The notes beneath the pieces are model-generated. The model saw nothing but the letters and a program-made list of their open reading frames with translations. It was not told the DNA's origin and did not search any database. 64,000 nucleotides of DNA from a virus: the IMG/VR virus record IMGVR_UViG_3300049445_000358. The stretch is one strand, 5' to 3'. The number at the start of each line of letters is the position of its first letter. The stretch's first letter is position 1. This document shows positions 1 to 8,552 of this stretch, in pieces. A program made the position numbers and the translations under genes.

Positions 1-378
1 ACTGCCGGGTTCGACACATGCAAGGACTGCGGGGATAACCTGGCTAAAGCGGACATACAGCAGAAGCAGCAAAGGGTGGGTGTAGCATGGAACAAAGGCC
101 CGGAGATGTACCTCGGTTCGGAGAGTACTACAAGGCAAATACTGAAAACCGAAGGGGCCAGAAAACACCTGCCGGTAGACAGCGGAAGTGGTGGTTCATT
201 GCCGAAGCCCTCAAGTGGTTCCTCCTCTTTGCCCTCCTCGCGGTCGCGTCTCTCTACTTCTTCCCCCACCCCCACCACTAAACCCAAATACGTGTTCGAC
301 CATTGGGAATGGCCAACTGACGAATTAGGCCACAGATACAAACGCGCAGTCATGCGACTCCGCACACCAGAGGATTAA
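1..378 (+). CDS. Hypothetical protein, 5'-partial, CxxC near the N-terminus
   Basis: Frame 1 is open from base 1 (FDTCKDCG...WNKGPEMY) to the stop at 378; the S/P-rich middle overlaps ORF 87..281. Confidence 0.4.
   Translation, partial: TAGFDTCKDCGDNLAKADIQQKQQRVGVAWNKGPEMYLGSESTTRQILKTEGARKHLPVDSGSGGSLPKPSSGSSSLPSSRSRLSTSSPTPTTKPKYVFDHWEWPTDELGHRYKRAVMRLRTPED
87..281 (+). CDS. Small membrane protein
   Basis: 64 aa with hydrophobic segment WFLLFALLAVASLYFF. Confidence 0.45.
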   Translation: MEQRPGDVPRFGEYYKANTENRRGQKTPAGRQRKWWFIAEALKWFLLFALLAVASLYFFPHPHH

Positions 379-382
379 CATC

Positions 383-748
383 ATGCCAGACGGAACCGTA
401 GACGTCATCCCGTCCCCGATCACTTCCGACTCATGGGCGGTGCCGGGCAAAAATAGGGGCAACATCCTGTTAGCGGCAGGAATCTCAGCGGCAGTAACCG
501 CATGCCTCTTAGCAATTGTCTTCACGACACCAGACAATCAGGCTGCCCAAGACGAAGCAGCCATCAAGCAGGCGCTGGTCTGCATGCAGCAGTCCTTCCT
601 AAAAGACACAGGGAAGTTCGTCACTATTGACCAGGTGTACGGTATAGGCTACAAACAGGTCCAGTTCAACCTGGAGACCCTCCAGAAGATCGGTGACAGG
701 AATGCGGCACGTAAGACCTTCTTGGCAATCCACTGTGGCAGGCTCTAA
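383..748 (+). CDS. Membrane-anchored hypothetical protein
   Basis: TM segment ILLAAGISAAVTACLLAIVF followed by a soluble domain. Confidence 0.65.
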   Translation: MPDGTVDVIPSPITSDSWAVPGKNRGNILLAAGISAAVTACLLAIVFTTPDNQAAQDEAAIKQALVCMQQSFLKDTGKFVTIDQVYGIGYKQVQFNLETLQKIGDRNAARKTFLAIHCGRL

Positions 749-835
749 AACCCTCGGGACACGACCTCCGTTCCCCCTTCCCCCGCCCTGTGCCGGAGGC
801 CCCGCTATAGCACGGGCTACCTCACTTCAAAAGAA

Positions 836-911
836 CTAGGGCAATTAACCTGTCCATCTTCAAAGCTCCAAAAAATAACTCTTGATGTCCAATATGGACT
901 TATGTTATAAT
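836..911 (+). promoter_or_regulatory. Sigma70-type promoter P1 with an inverted 19-bp box upstream
   Basis: TTGATG(882-887)-18 nt-TATAAT(906-911), extended -10 TG, A-rich UP element; reverse complement of 836-854 is GACAGGTTAATTGCCCTAG. Confidence 0.8.
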
Positions 912-955
912 TAAAATAAAACAATTTGCCCAAAACCCTTAGAGGAGTAACAACC

Positions 956-1291
956 GTGGCTGTAGAACTCAATTGGGTTGCAATCCAGCGCCAGCGATAC
1001 CTGGTGGGGTTGGACGATAAAGGCGACGTCCGTGCGCTCGCTTACAACAAGGGCGATCTGCACGGGAAGAACGGCATCGACGATCCTACCGGCCAACGCT
1101 GGTACGGATTCACACTGCTGAAGGCACGTGAGCTCAAGGTGGAAGGTGACTCCCTGGACGTGAAGGATCTCATGAACGTCCACACCAGCTACGGAGAGGT
1201 GCCCGACTTTACCAGCATCCGCACCCTCATCGAGGAAGACCGGAAGGACGACGAAGCCCTCCCGGTCGTCAACCCCTTCAAGCGAGGCTGA
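956..1291 (+). CDS. Early hypothetical protein
   Basis: GTG start after AGAGGAG RBS; first gene after P1. Confidence 0.75.
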   Translation: MAVELNWVAIQRQRYLVGLDDKGDVRALAYNKGDLHGKNGIDDPTGQRWYGFTLLKARELKVEGDSLDVKDLMNVHTSYGEVPDFTSIRTLIEEDRKDDEALPVVNPFKRG

Positions 1292-1300
1292 GACACGACG

Positions 1301-1534
1301 ATGAGCCGTACCAAGTTCCTTATCGACGAGGCCTACCACAAGAGGTGGAACCTCGATCGGGAAGGACATTACTGGTACAACTCGGTCATGTACGGCAATG
1401 ACCTTCGGATGTCCGTGATACAGGTGTCCACAGGTCATACAGTCGAGTCCAGGTTGGTCAAGCTGGATGACCCTGATTGGGAACGCAAGAGCCAGATATT
1501 CCAGTCCGAGATGAAATCAGCCTACGGAGACTAA
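1301..1534 (+). CDS. Hypothetical protein
   Basis: ORF in a tightly packed operon. Confidence 0.65.
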   Translation: MSRTKFLIDEAYHKRWNLDREGHYWYNSVMYGNDLRMSVIQVSTGHTVESRLVKLDDPDWERKSQIFQSEMKSAYGD

Positions 1535-1537
1535 TCA

Positions 1538-1963
1538 ATGCCTTGGAGCGAGATAAAGGGAGTGCAGACCATCCCAAAGGGGAAGGCACTCCTGTTACCT
1601 GCCGAAGGGGATCCCAGGATGCTGGACAAGATTCCCAACTATGAGGAACGGCAGAAACTAATGTCCTGCGACTCGTTCGATCGTGTACAGATCGGCAAGC
1701 TCCTCCCTCTGGACGATCCTGATCACAACCTGACGATGATCGTCGACGACTTAGGATGGGAGTTCGACACTATCGACGCTGAAGGCAACATCGTCACGAT
1801 GGAGGAGATGTTCGAACATCCCGAGCGTGGGCCTTTCCAGAACAAGCCAACCAAACCGAAGAAGCCAGTCAATAAACTGGCTACGGTATTCTACCATGCG
1901 ATCTGCATTCCGGAGACCACCCACCAGATCGTCGGCGACGTCATCATCTGTCACGAGAGTTGA
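1538..1963 (+). CDS. DUF3846-like protein
   Basis: Pattern MIVDDLG...PVNKLAT...IVGDVII resembles the DUF3846 phage family. Confidence 0.55.
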   Translation: MPWSEIKGVQTIPKGKALLLPAEGDPRMLDKIPNYEERQKLMSCDSFDRVQIGKLLPLDDPDHNLTMIVDDLGWEFDTIDAEGNIVTMEEMFEHPERGPFQNKPTKPKKPVNKLATVFYHAICIPETTHQIVGDVIICHES

Positions 1964-1999
1964 CCAAGCAACGAGAAACAAGCCTGAGGAGAACGAGCA

Positions 2000-2344
2000 G
2001 TGGCACAGGCGAGCAAACAAAACACTGAAGGTCCGGGGTCCGAGGTCGAGTCGGGCATGGACGTGGACGAGATCGATCAGATCACGAAGGAGCTATTCGA
2101 CGCACCTACATGGTCAGCGAAGATCCGCCTGCTTCACAGGTATGAGTTCAAGAACTCCGCGATCGCCCACATCATATCGGAGTTAAGGGGCTACCCCATG
2201 AGCCCTCAACATGTAAACAATGTTCTGCAGCGTCCCCTAAAATCCGAGCAGGGGGCTCGCGGGGTTGGGAGGCCTCGCGCGCAGATCGACGAACGCACCA
2301 TCGCGCTCGTCCGTCGCCTCCCCAAACCAGTAGTCGAGGAGTAA
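2000..2344 (+). CDS. Putative HTH DNA-binding protein
   Basis: SAKIRLL...SAIAHIISEL...PQHVNNVL helical pattern; GAGGAG RBS upstream. Confidence 0.55.
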   Translation: MAQASKQNTEGPGSEVESGMDVDEIDQITKELFDAPTWSAKIRLLHRYEFKNSAIAHIISELRGYPMSPQHVNNVLQRPLKSEQGARGVGRPRAQIDERTIALVRRLPKPVVEE

Positions 2345-2347
2345 GTC

Positions 2348-2542
2348 ATGTCAGAGTTCAACGTGAAATTGATCTTGGAGCGTACGACTCCGGGAGCCCT
2401 ATTCTATCGCGAGTCAGACGGCCGGGGAGGGACCTACCAGTCTCCGAACAGCCCAGGCTGCAAGATCGGCACACAATACATCAGGAAGACCGCCTTTAAC
2501 GGCGAGGCGCCGAAGGAGATCACGATCACGGTCTCCTACTAG
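2348..2542 (+). CDS. Hypothetical protein
   Basis: Packed ORF with host-like codon use. Confidence 0.65.
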   Translation: MSEFNVKLILERTTPGALFYRESDGRGGTYQSPNSPGCKIGTQYIRKTAFNGEAPKEITITVSY

Positions 2543-2546
2543 CCCG

Positions 2547-3014
2547 ATGACGGAGGGCAAGGTAGACCCGGAGAAGATCTACTTCGGTGTCGTGCATAAA
2601 CAGAGCCTGACTGTCATCCGTGTGTTCATCTCTGCAGAGCAAGCACGGAACTACATCAAGCCTCTGGCCATGACAGGCGAGTATCAGATCGAACGGGTTT
2701 ACCTTGACCCTTACGTCGAAAAGACCTACATGTACAAGTTAACATGGTTAGATCGTCCCTCGTGCCGCTCCATTCGAGAGGCGTGGGAACAAAAGAAGAT
2801 TGAACGTTTGCGCATTTGGAAGCCCATACATAGACGCCCTTCAGATCATGTGTTAAAGGATTATCGTCTCCACGGTGAAGCCAAGAGGCTGGTAGAATGC
2901 TCCAAAGCAATGATAACGCAGACCGGTTCAAACTCTCTGAGGCCAGTAAGATCAAGCATGTTACGTTTGAGGACCTCAAAGACTGGTCCGACACGGCAAA
3001 CTACAGAACAGTAG
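2547..3014 (+). CDS. Hypothetical protein
   Basis: ORF; its 3' end overlaps the next ORF by ~117 nt. Confidence 0.5.
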   Translation: MTEGKVDPEKIYFGVVHKQSLTVIRVFISAEQARNYIKPLAMTGEYQIERVYLDPYVEKTYMYKLTWLDRPSCRSIREAWEQKKIERLRIWKPIHRRPSDHVLKDYRLHGEAKRLVECSKAMITQTGSNSLRPVRSSMLRLRTSKTGPTRQTTEQ

Positions 3015-3178
3015 ACCAAGCAGTTGAACGCTTATACACCAAGCTGTCCCTCGTGATCTTACGCTCGAGGGACAAGGGATTCCCACTAACGAACAGCGAG
3101 AAGGACCTGCTGTCCGACGTTGACCAAACCTTCAGAAGCATCTTCGACGCATTCCAGAACCGCAAGCGAGAAGGGTAA
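2897..3178 (+). CDS. Hypothetical protein
   Basis: ORF with plausible helical composition. Confidence 0.5.
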   Translation: MLQSNDNADRFKLSEASKIKHVTFEDLKDWSDTANYRTVDQAVERLYTKLSLVILRSRDKGFPLTNSEKDLLSDVDQTFRSIFDAFQNRKREG

Positions 3179-3185
3179 CACCATC

Positions 3186-3587
3186 ATGACGATAAAGATC
3201 TGCAGCGACTGTGTCGATCCCGAGCAGTGTGAAGACGTCGGCGAATGCCTCAACTACGGTACTGCCCCAGACGACGACAGTAAGGTCAAGAAGGGCGAGA
3301 CCACGTACGAAGTCTGTCCCGTGTGCAATGGCCTAGGCCAGACAGTCAACCCGAACATCGACGCCCACGGGCTAACTGCCGAGGACTTCCGAGACGATCC
3401 TGACTTCAAGCAGGAGTACTTCAGTGGGATGTACAACATCGCCTGTGGAGCCTGCAAGGGCAAGCGGGTCATAACCAAGGAACGTCTTGAGGAACTCGAG
3501 CAGAACGCTGAAGACCGCAAGCTGGCAGCCCGTGAGAACGGAGACTGGGAGTCCTACCGAGTCGCAGGCGACTACCGCTACGGCTAA
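3186..3587 (+). CDS. Zinc-finger protein (DnaJ-type CxxCxGxG repeats)
   Basis: CPVCNGLG and CGACKGKR motifs plus an N-terminal Cys cluster. Confidence 0.7.
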   Translation: MTIKICSDCVDPEQCEDVGECLNYGTAPDDDSKVKKGETTYEVCPVCNGLGQTVNPNIDAHGLTAEDFRDDPDFKQEYFSGMYNIACGACKGKRVITKERLEELEQNAEDRKLAARENGDWESYRVAGDYRYG

Positions 3588-3600
3588 AGGAGAGTTCAAC

Positions 3601-3801
3601 ATGGTATCGGATGAGGAGCAGCCTCTGCCTCCTGACTACAAGGAGCTCTTCAAGAAGTACCTTCAGGTTCGAGGCATTGTCAACATCGTCAACGACGTAG
3701 TTAACGAGTGTTCAGTGAGCGAAAGGTTCAGTGACCAAGAGTTCAGAACTCTCGTGCGTCTCGTCGAAGAGGTGAAGCATGAGTCTGGGTTTAGGCGTTG
3801 A
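3601..3801 (+). CDS. Hypothetical protein
   Basis: AAGGAG RBS, ATG at 3601. Confidence 0.6.
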   Translation: MVSDEEQPLPPDYKELFKKYLQVRGIVNIVNDVVNECSVSERFSDQEFRTLVRLVEEVKHESGFRR

Positions 3802-4624
3802 AGTTCTATACGGCAGTCTTGACGAGGTGGCTACTACTAGCCCGCGCTACTACGAAGGGAGGGTGATCACAGCCGCAGAGGCTGTGGGAACAGGACCACC
3901 AAAGAGGATACCGGCAGGTATCAAATGGCTAGACAACGTGCTGGGAGGAGGCTTCGCAGCTGGATCAGTCGTTATGGTCCATGGAGAGCCAGGCTCAGGC
4001 AAGTCAACCAGCCTCATGCAGGCAGCGTCTAACGTACCTGACTCTCTGTACATATCGTCGGAGGAGTCAGCACTGAGTCTTGGGCAGCGTGCTCTGAGGC
4101 TGAAGCTACGAGGCAACCTCCACCTCCTAGAGACCAACAACCTGGGAGAAGCGTTAAGGGCGGCCGACGGTAGAAGCCTCATCGTCGTCGACTCGATTCA
4201 GAGGATGAGAGGTAAAGCCACAGACACCATTACGGTGCTGGCTGACTTCGCAAAGAGGACTGGTACGTGCGTAGTAGTTACATGTCACGAGACCAAGTCG
4301 GGAAGATACGCAGGACCGGGATCGATCGAGCACGACGTAGACGTCTCGGTTAAGATCAGTAGGCAGAACCGATCAGTCGTAGCTGAAAAGAATCGATTCG
4401 GACCTACAGGTATCAAGTTCCCAATAGTCATGACCAACGAAGGAGTCTTCGATCCACAGTCCCAACCGAGCTCCAGTTCTACGCTACCACCTAAGAAGAA
4501 GGTATCACCAATCACGGTGTTCTTCGTCATCTACATAGTAGCGACCAGCCTGATACTGGCGATCGCTCTGAGCGGAGGACACGGGTCGCACGGGTCCTCA
4601 TCATCAGTCAGCCGATTGAGATAG
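3779..4624 (+). CDS. radA: RadA/Sms-like ATPase domain with a C-terminal TM helix
   Basis: LDNVLGGG, Walker A GEPGSGKST, SEES, Walker B VVDSIQ, HETKSGRYAGP, EHDVD, KNRFG; start codon uncertain. Confidence 0.85.
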   Translation: MSLGLGVEVLYGSLDEVATTSPRYYEGRVITAAEAVGTGPPKRIPAGIKWLDNVLGGGFAAGSVVMVHGEPGSGKSTSLMQAASNVPDSLYISSEESALSLGQRALRLKLRGNLHLLETNNLGEALRAADGRSLIVVDSIQRMRGKATDTITVLADFAKRTGTCVVVTCHETKSGRYAGPGSIEHDVDVSVKISRQNRSVVAEKNRFGPTGIKFPIVMTNEGVFDPQSQPSSSSTLPPKKKVSPITVFFVIYIVATSLILAIALSGGHGSHGSSSSVSRLR

Positions 4625-4631
4625 GGGAGAC

Positions 4632-4853
4632 ATGAAGAACAGGCTCAGTAGCAACCTGATTACCATCGCTACTAAACGGGTGGTAGTCAGGGTACCTATC
4701 GACTTCACCGACGAACAGCGTTCGAGAGTGCTCTCAGCTGTAGAGCGCCATCTTATCGACACGTTGTCGACCCTGACACCACAAGGGGCTCGCTACCAGA
4801 TTACTATCGAAAGCAACAACGAGGACGACGACGATGCAGACAAAACCTACTAG
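4632..4853 (+). CDS. Hypothetical protein
   Basis: GGGAG RBS, packed ORF. Confidence 0.6.
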   Translation: MKNRLSSNLITIATKRVVVRVPIDFTDEQRSRVLSAVERHLIDTLSTLTPQGARYQITIESNNEDDDDADKTY

Positions 4854-5304
4854 GATCAGAGACCGCATCTCACAAGCTCTGAGGAGCAAGGACCATAACG
4901 TCATCCCTGTCGAGTGGGATGCCGTCGAAGCTTCTGCTGCTGTACTGACCTCCATGATCAAGTCCGATCCAATCATCATGGACCGCCTGAACGAGGGTGG
5001 GCTAGTCGCTATCAGCCGAGGAGGTCTCGTTCCGGCAACCCTCCTGTCTCACATGCTGGATGTCCAGATCGCCTACATGATCGATCCCAATCAGTCCGCC
5101 ATTATGCCGAACAACCGTAAATACGTCGTAGTTGACGACATCTGCGACACCGGCAAGACCTTCGAGGCGGTTAGGGGGGCTATGCCTAACGTGTCGAGGG
5201 TCGCTCTGTTCTGTAAGCACGCAGGGGAGGAGGAATGCGACGCCTACGCAATGATCGTGCCTAACCACGTGTGGATCCACTTTCCTTGGGAGACGTTCGC
5301 TTAG
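4834..5304 (+). CDS. Type I purine phosphoribosyltransferase (Gpt/Hpt-like)
   Basis: AISRGGLVPA, PRPP loop VVVDDICDTGKT, C-terminal WIHFPWE. Confidence 0.85.
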   Translation: MQTKPTRIRDRISQALRSKDHNVIPVEWDAVEASAAVLTSMIKSDPIIMDRLNEGGLVAISRGGLVPATLLSHMLDVQIAYMIDPNQSAIMPNNRKYVVVDDICDTGKTFEAVRGAMPNVSRVALFCKHAGEEECDAYAMIVPNHVWIHFPWETFA

Positions 5305-5337
5305 TCTCTCATCAACTAACCACAGGAGAACCAGCCA

Positions 5338-5673
5338 GTGGCCAGACCGAAGGTAGTTAACCTACATAACCGCCGGCCCAATAACCTCCAGCGAGCCTTA
5401 TCCGGAGCTCAGGCTGAAGGCAAGTTCATCGATGTAGATCCCATCCTCGACGACATCCGGGGGATGATCACCGAGTCAGGTATGACTGCAGGGCAAGTCT
5501 GTAACTCAGTCTACCAAGCGAGCGACCATAAGGTAAACCCTCACTACCAGACGATCGAACGTTGGATGGACGGCAAGACGAAGCGTCCCTCCAACTTCCT
5601 GATCGACTGGGTCGCGTTCGCCCTCGGGTACCACCGGCCGTTCGTCAAAGTCCAAAAGCCCTCCCGGAGATAA
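5338..5673 (+). CDS. XRE-like HTH protein
   Basis: GMTAGQV...HYQTIERWMDGKTKRP...IDWVAFALGY. Confidence 0.65.
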   Translation: MARPKVVNLHNRRPNNLQRALSGAQAEGKFIDVDPILDDIRGMITESGMTAGQVCNSVYQASDHKVNPHYQTIERWMDGKTKRPSNFLIDWVAFALGYHRPFVKVQKPSRR

Positions 5674-5675
5674 GT

Positions 5676-5963
5676 ATGCCCTACCAACACTACTATGCGG
5701 TACGTCCGAAGTCTATGCCGGACCACTGCCGTATCGAGAAGGCTGACACTCCTGCTAAGGCCTATCAGATGGCTTTCGGCCGAGGTAACTCGAACGGAGC
5801 CTTCGAGGTAAAGGACCTAGGCACCCGGGTGTCCGTCATCCAGAACGACAAGCAGCGGATGATCCTGCTGGACAGTCCCGACGGGTGGAAGACCCTCGGC
5901 AAGACCATCGAAGAGCAAATCGCCGAGCGTCGGGCCAAGGCTGAGGCTGCGTCCAAGGAGTAG
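5676..5963 (+). CDS. Hypothetical protein
   Basis: ATG 2 nt after the upstream stop. Confidence 0.65.
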   Translation: MPYQHYYAVRPKSMPDHCRIEKADTPAKAYQMAFGRGNSNGAFEVKDLGTRVSVIQNDKQRMILLDSPDGWKTLGKTIEEQIAERRAKAEAASKE

Positions 5964-5978
5964 GAGTAGGAGTGTAAC

Positions 5979-6374
5979 ATGGTTGAGGATCGGTGGTCTG
6001 TGATCCCTCGAGACAGCTATGAAGTCGAGGTGATCGGCTACGACCTGAAATCGTCCATAAGGTCTGGAAAGACCTACGCTCAGGTCAGACTTCGGATCCT
6101 CAACCATGGCGAGTTCGAAGGGCGCTTGCTGTTCTTGAACATATTCAGCTATGCGTCCGCCTATCGTATGCTGAAGGCCTGCGGGATCCCAAAAGCCTCT
6201 CCCGACGACCTGACTGAGGACCTGATCAAGAAGTGTCTCAACCTCAAGATGGAGGTCAGCGTGGACCACCGTCGGTGGGAGGAACGCATCTACTTAGACA
6301 TCCGTGTACCTCAGCAGCCTGATGAGCCAGACAACGACGGTCGACTAGGACCAGCAGGTGTAGGATTCATCTAA
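5979..6374 (+). CDS. DUF669-like OB-fold ssDNA-binding protein (early copy)
   Basis: IPRDSYEVEV...SGKTY...GEFEGRLLFLN pattern; AGGAG RBS. Confidence 0.5.
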   Translation: MVEDRWSVIPRDSYEVEVIGYDLKSSIRSGKTYAQVRLRILNHGEFEGRLLFLNIFSYASAYRMLKACGIPKASPDDLTEDLIKKCLNLKMEVSVDHRRWEERIYLDIRVPQQPDEPDNDGRLGPAGVGFI

Positions 6375-6375
6375 C

Positions 6376-6633
6376 ATGACCACAAACGTCCGATTGAGAT
6401 TCGACAAGTTTAACGACGCAGTCGACAATGCAATGAATCTGGAGACTGGAGCATCCCTATATATATGGTACCACTCTGAGGACAAGAAGTGGATGCTCAC
6501 AAACTGGAATAGGATGGACGAGAAGCAAGGCAACGGCATCTTCATGTGCATCAGGCCAGTCTGCGACTTGTCTCCGGAGTGGTTGCACTCCGAATTCAAA
6601 CCAACAGAGGAGAAGGCTAATGGACCAGAATGA
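6376..6633 (+). CDS. Hypothetical protein
   Basis: Packed ORF. Confidence 0.6.
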   Translation: MTTNVRLRFDKFNDAVDNAMNLETGASLYIWYHSEDKKWMLTNWNRMDEKQGNGIFMCIRPVCDLSPEWLHSEFKPTEEKANGPE

Positions 6634-6889
6634 ACTCGACTGCTTGGACATCTCGAAGCTGCCCACGGTTCAACCTTCACATGCCGTACCACCGCGATAC
6701 GACCCCTTCTCATTGATGAGGGTTCCCGGCTTCTGGGAGGGGGCTATTCACGCAAGGGGAGGGACAGGTCCGGAGAACGACAACCTGCATCGGCTTCGCA
6801 TCCTGGCGGAGCGCAATGGCTCGGACATCACCGAGTCGGCAGAGTTTAGGCGCTGGCTCGGCTACGACCGGAGCAAATGGAGAGAGTGA
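6620..6889 (+). CDS. Hypothetical protein
   Basis: GGAG RBS; overlaps both neighbours. Confidence 0.6.
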   Translation: MDQNELDCLDISKLPTVQPSHAVPPRYDPFSLMRVPGFWEGAIHARGGTGPENDNLHRLRILAERNGSDITESAEFRRWLGYDRSKWRE

Positions 6890-7293
6890 TGGCTAAGACC
6901 AGACGAGGACAGAACTACCACTACACCTTCCGGGAGACCGAAGGTCCTTCAGCTAACCTCTCTACTCGGGGAGCATTCAACTGGGACTGCCATAAGCAGG
7001 AAGACGACGGAGACGGCATACCGGTCACCACCTACCACCTCTGGTGTACGAACCCGGACCTGTCGGACCTCCTGTGCGACTGTCCTGCGAGCTACCACCA
7101 CGCTCATCGGGGTGCCTGCAAGCACACCGGATGGCTCAGGAGGTGGAAGGCAATCCAAGATGAACGTGCAGCGGAGCTCGAGAAGCCCTCCAACCGTCGT
7201 CGTCGAGACCTCTTAAGCCCCATCTACTATGATGCGGCTCAAGACAAGTTCTACAACTTCCCACTATCCATCTACGACGATGAGGACGAATAA
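6889..7293 (+). CDS. SWIM zinc-finger protein
   Basis: CDCPASYHHAHRGACKH fits CxCx(n)CxH. Confidence 0.7.
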   Translation: MAKTRRGQNYHYTFRETEGPSANLSTRGAFNWDCHKQEDDGDGIPVTTYHLWCTNPDLSDLLCDCPASYHHAHRGACKHTGWLRRWKAIQDERAAELEKPSNRRRRDLLSPIYYDAAQDKFYNFPLSIYDDEDE

Positions 7294-7294
7294 C

Positions 7295-7561
7295 ATGCTA
7301 TCATTCAGACGTCTCGATGCGGTGGTCGTCCCTGATGGCCAGATCGGCATGATCGAAACCATCAAGGGCGAATACGCTACCATCCAGTTCGGGGCCGCAG
7401 GGCCTTTCAGGCGGTTCAAGCTCACCAGCCTCCGATGGGTTACATGCCAGGAGGTCAAGGACGCCGGCATGCACGGAACTGGCTTCAACATCGTGTCTGA
7501 CCGGCAGAAGAAAGCCCGAGCTGCCGAGCAACAGAGAAAAGAGACAGGAGGTGTCTACTAA
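7295..7561 (+). CDS. Hypothetical protein, possible SH3/KOW-like beta domain
   Basis: VVVPDGQIGMIETIKGEYATIQF. Confidence 0.55.
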   Translation: MLSFRRLDAVVVPDGQIGMIETIKGEYATIQFGAAGPFRRFKLTSLRWVTCQEVKDAGMHGTGFNIVSDRQKKARAAEQQRKETGGVY

Positions 7562-7562
7562 C

Positions 7563-8147
7563 ATGACGACTCAAAAGTGGGAGTGGATCAAGAAGGAGGA
7601 GCGTACTCTCGTCTTCATCGATGGGAGCAACCTCTATAACACTACCCGCCTTATGTCCTTCGACATCGACTACGGCAAGCTCCGCTCGGTCTTCAGCGAC
7701 AACTGTAACTTGACGCGGATGTACTACTTCACAGCCGTGGGCGAGAACCGAGAGTCAAGTCCGGTCCTCGGTCTAGTCGACTGGCTTGACCGTAATGGCT
7801 ACAATACCATTACCAAGCCAATACGTACCCAGTACAGTGGAGACACCAAAGGCAACATTGACATCGAGATTGCGGTCACAATGCTGAGAGCAGCACACAG
7901 AGGATACATGGACCGAGCCGTGCTATTCTCTGGTGACAGTGACTTCAGATGCCTGATCGAGGAAGTGCAGAACCTTGGGTCGAAGGTAACTGTGGTCTCC
8001 ACTCTAACAGTTAAACCCATACCTTGCGCAGATGAACTCATCCGGCAAGCAGATCACTTCTGTGATCTTGACTCTCTTCGTTCACTAACATTTAGGGATC
8101 CCCATGCCACAGTTCGAGGTAACCGTCGTTCGAACCACGACCCGTGA
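7563..8147 (+). CDS. NYN domain (LabA/DUF88, PIN-like) nuclease
   Basis: VFIDGSN, KGNIDIEIAV, LFSGDSDF, ELIRQADHF. Confidence 0.9.
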   Translation: MTTQKWEWIKKEERTLVFIDGSNLYNTTRLMSFDIDYGKLRSVFSDNCNLTRMYYFTAVGENRESSPVLGLVDWLDRNGYNTITKPIRTQYSGDTKGNIDIEIAVTMLRAAHRGYMDRAVLFSGDSDFRCLIEEVQNLGSKVTVVSTLTVKPIPCADELIRQADHFCDLDSLRSLTFRDPHATVRGNRRSNHDP

Positions 8148-8316
8148 AACCAAGATGGTGGTTGAGGCCCAAAATGCCACAGCTGCTCAAGGGGCTGCCA
8201 TGCTTGAGATGCAGGCTATCTTGGACGGCGAGATCGAGGACAGGTCTGCTGACGACTTCGAGTGGGAGCTCATCGAAGAGTCGGCAGACGTCGAAAACGA
8301 ACCAGAGGCACTATAA
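8104..8316 (+). CDS. Acidic hypothetical protein
   Basis: Packed ORF. Confidence 0.55.
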   Translation: MPQFEVTVVRTTTRETKMVVEAQNATAAQGAAMLEMQAILDGEIEDRSADDFEWELIEESADVENEPEAL

Positions 8317-8351
8317 TGGACGAGGACGAGAAGGTCGATCGACTGTAAGGG

Positions 8352-8540
8352 TTGTGGATTCCAGCTCTGGACCGACAGATCAACAGGGCTGAGGCGGAAG
8401 CCTTCCTAGCTATGTGGGAAGAGATGAAGGAGATCGACCGAGAAGAGGCCGAAGAAGAACGAGTTAAACACGAGACGGAGAGGTCCCACGGTGAAAATTG
8501 GCGACGTGGGATGGCAAGGAGAGGCAAACCCGTAACTTGA
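8352..8540 (+). CDS. Hypothetical protein
   Basis: Charged helical ORF, GTG start. Confidence 0.45.
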   Translation: MWIPALDRQINRAEAEAFLAMWEEMKEIDREEAEEERVKHETERSHGENWRRGMARRGKPVT

Positions 8541-8552
8541 TTGGAGAAAGTC

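Noticed and set aside
1-378. Dual-coding overlap at the window start as a special system
   Set aside because: The context is truncated; I cannot tell which of the overlapping frames is real.
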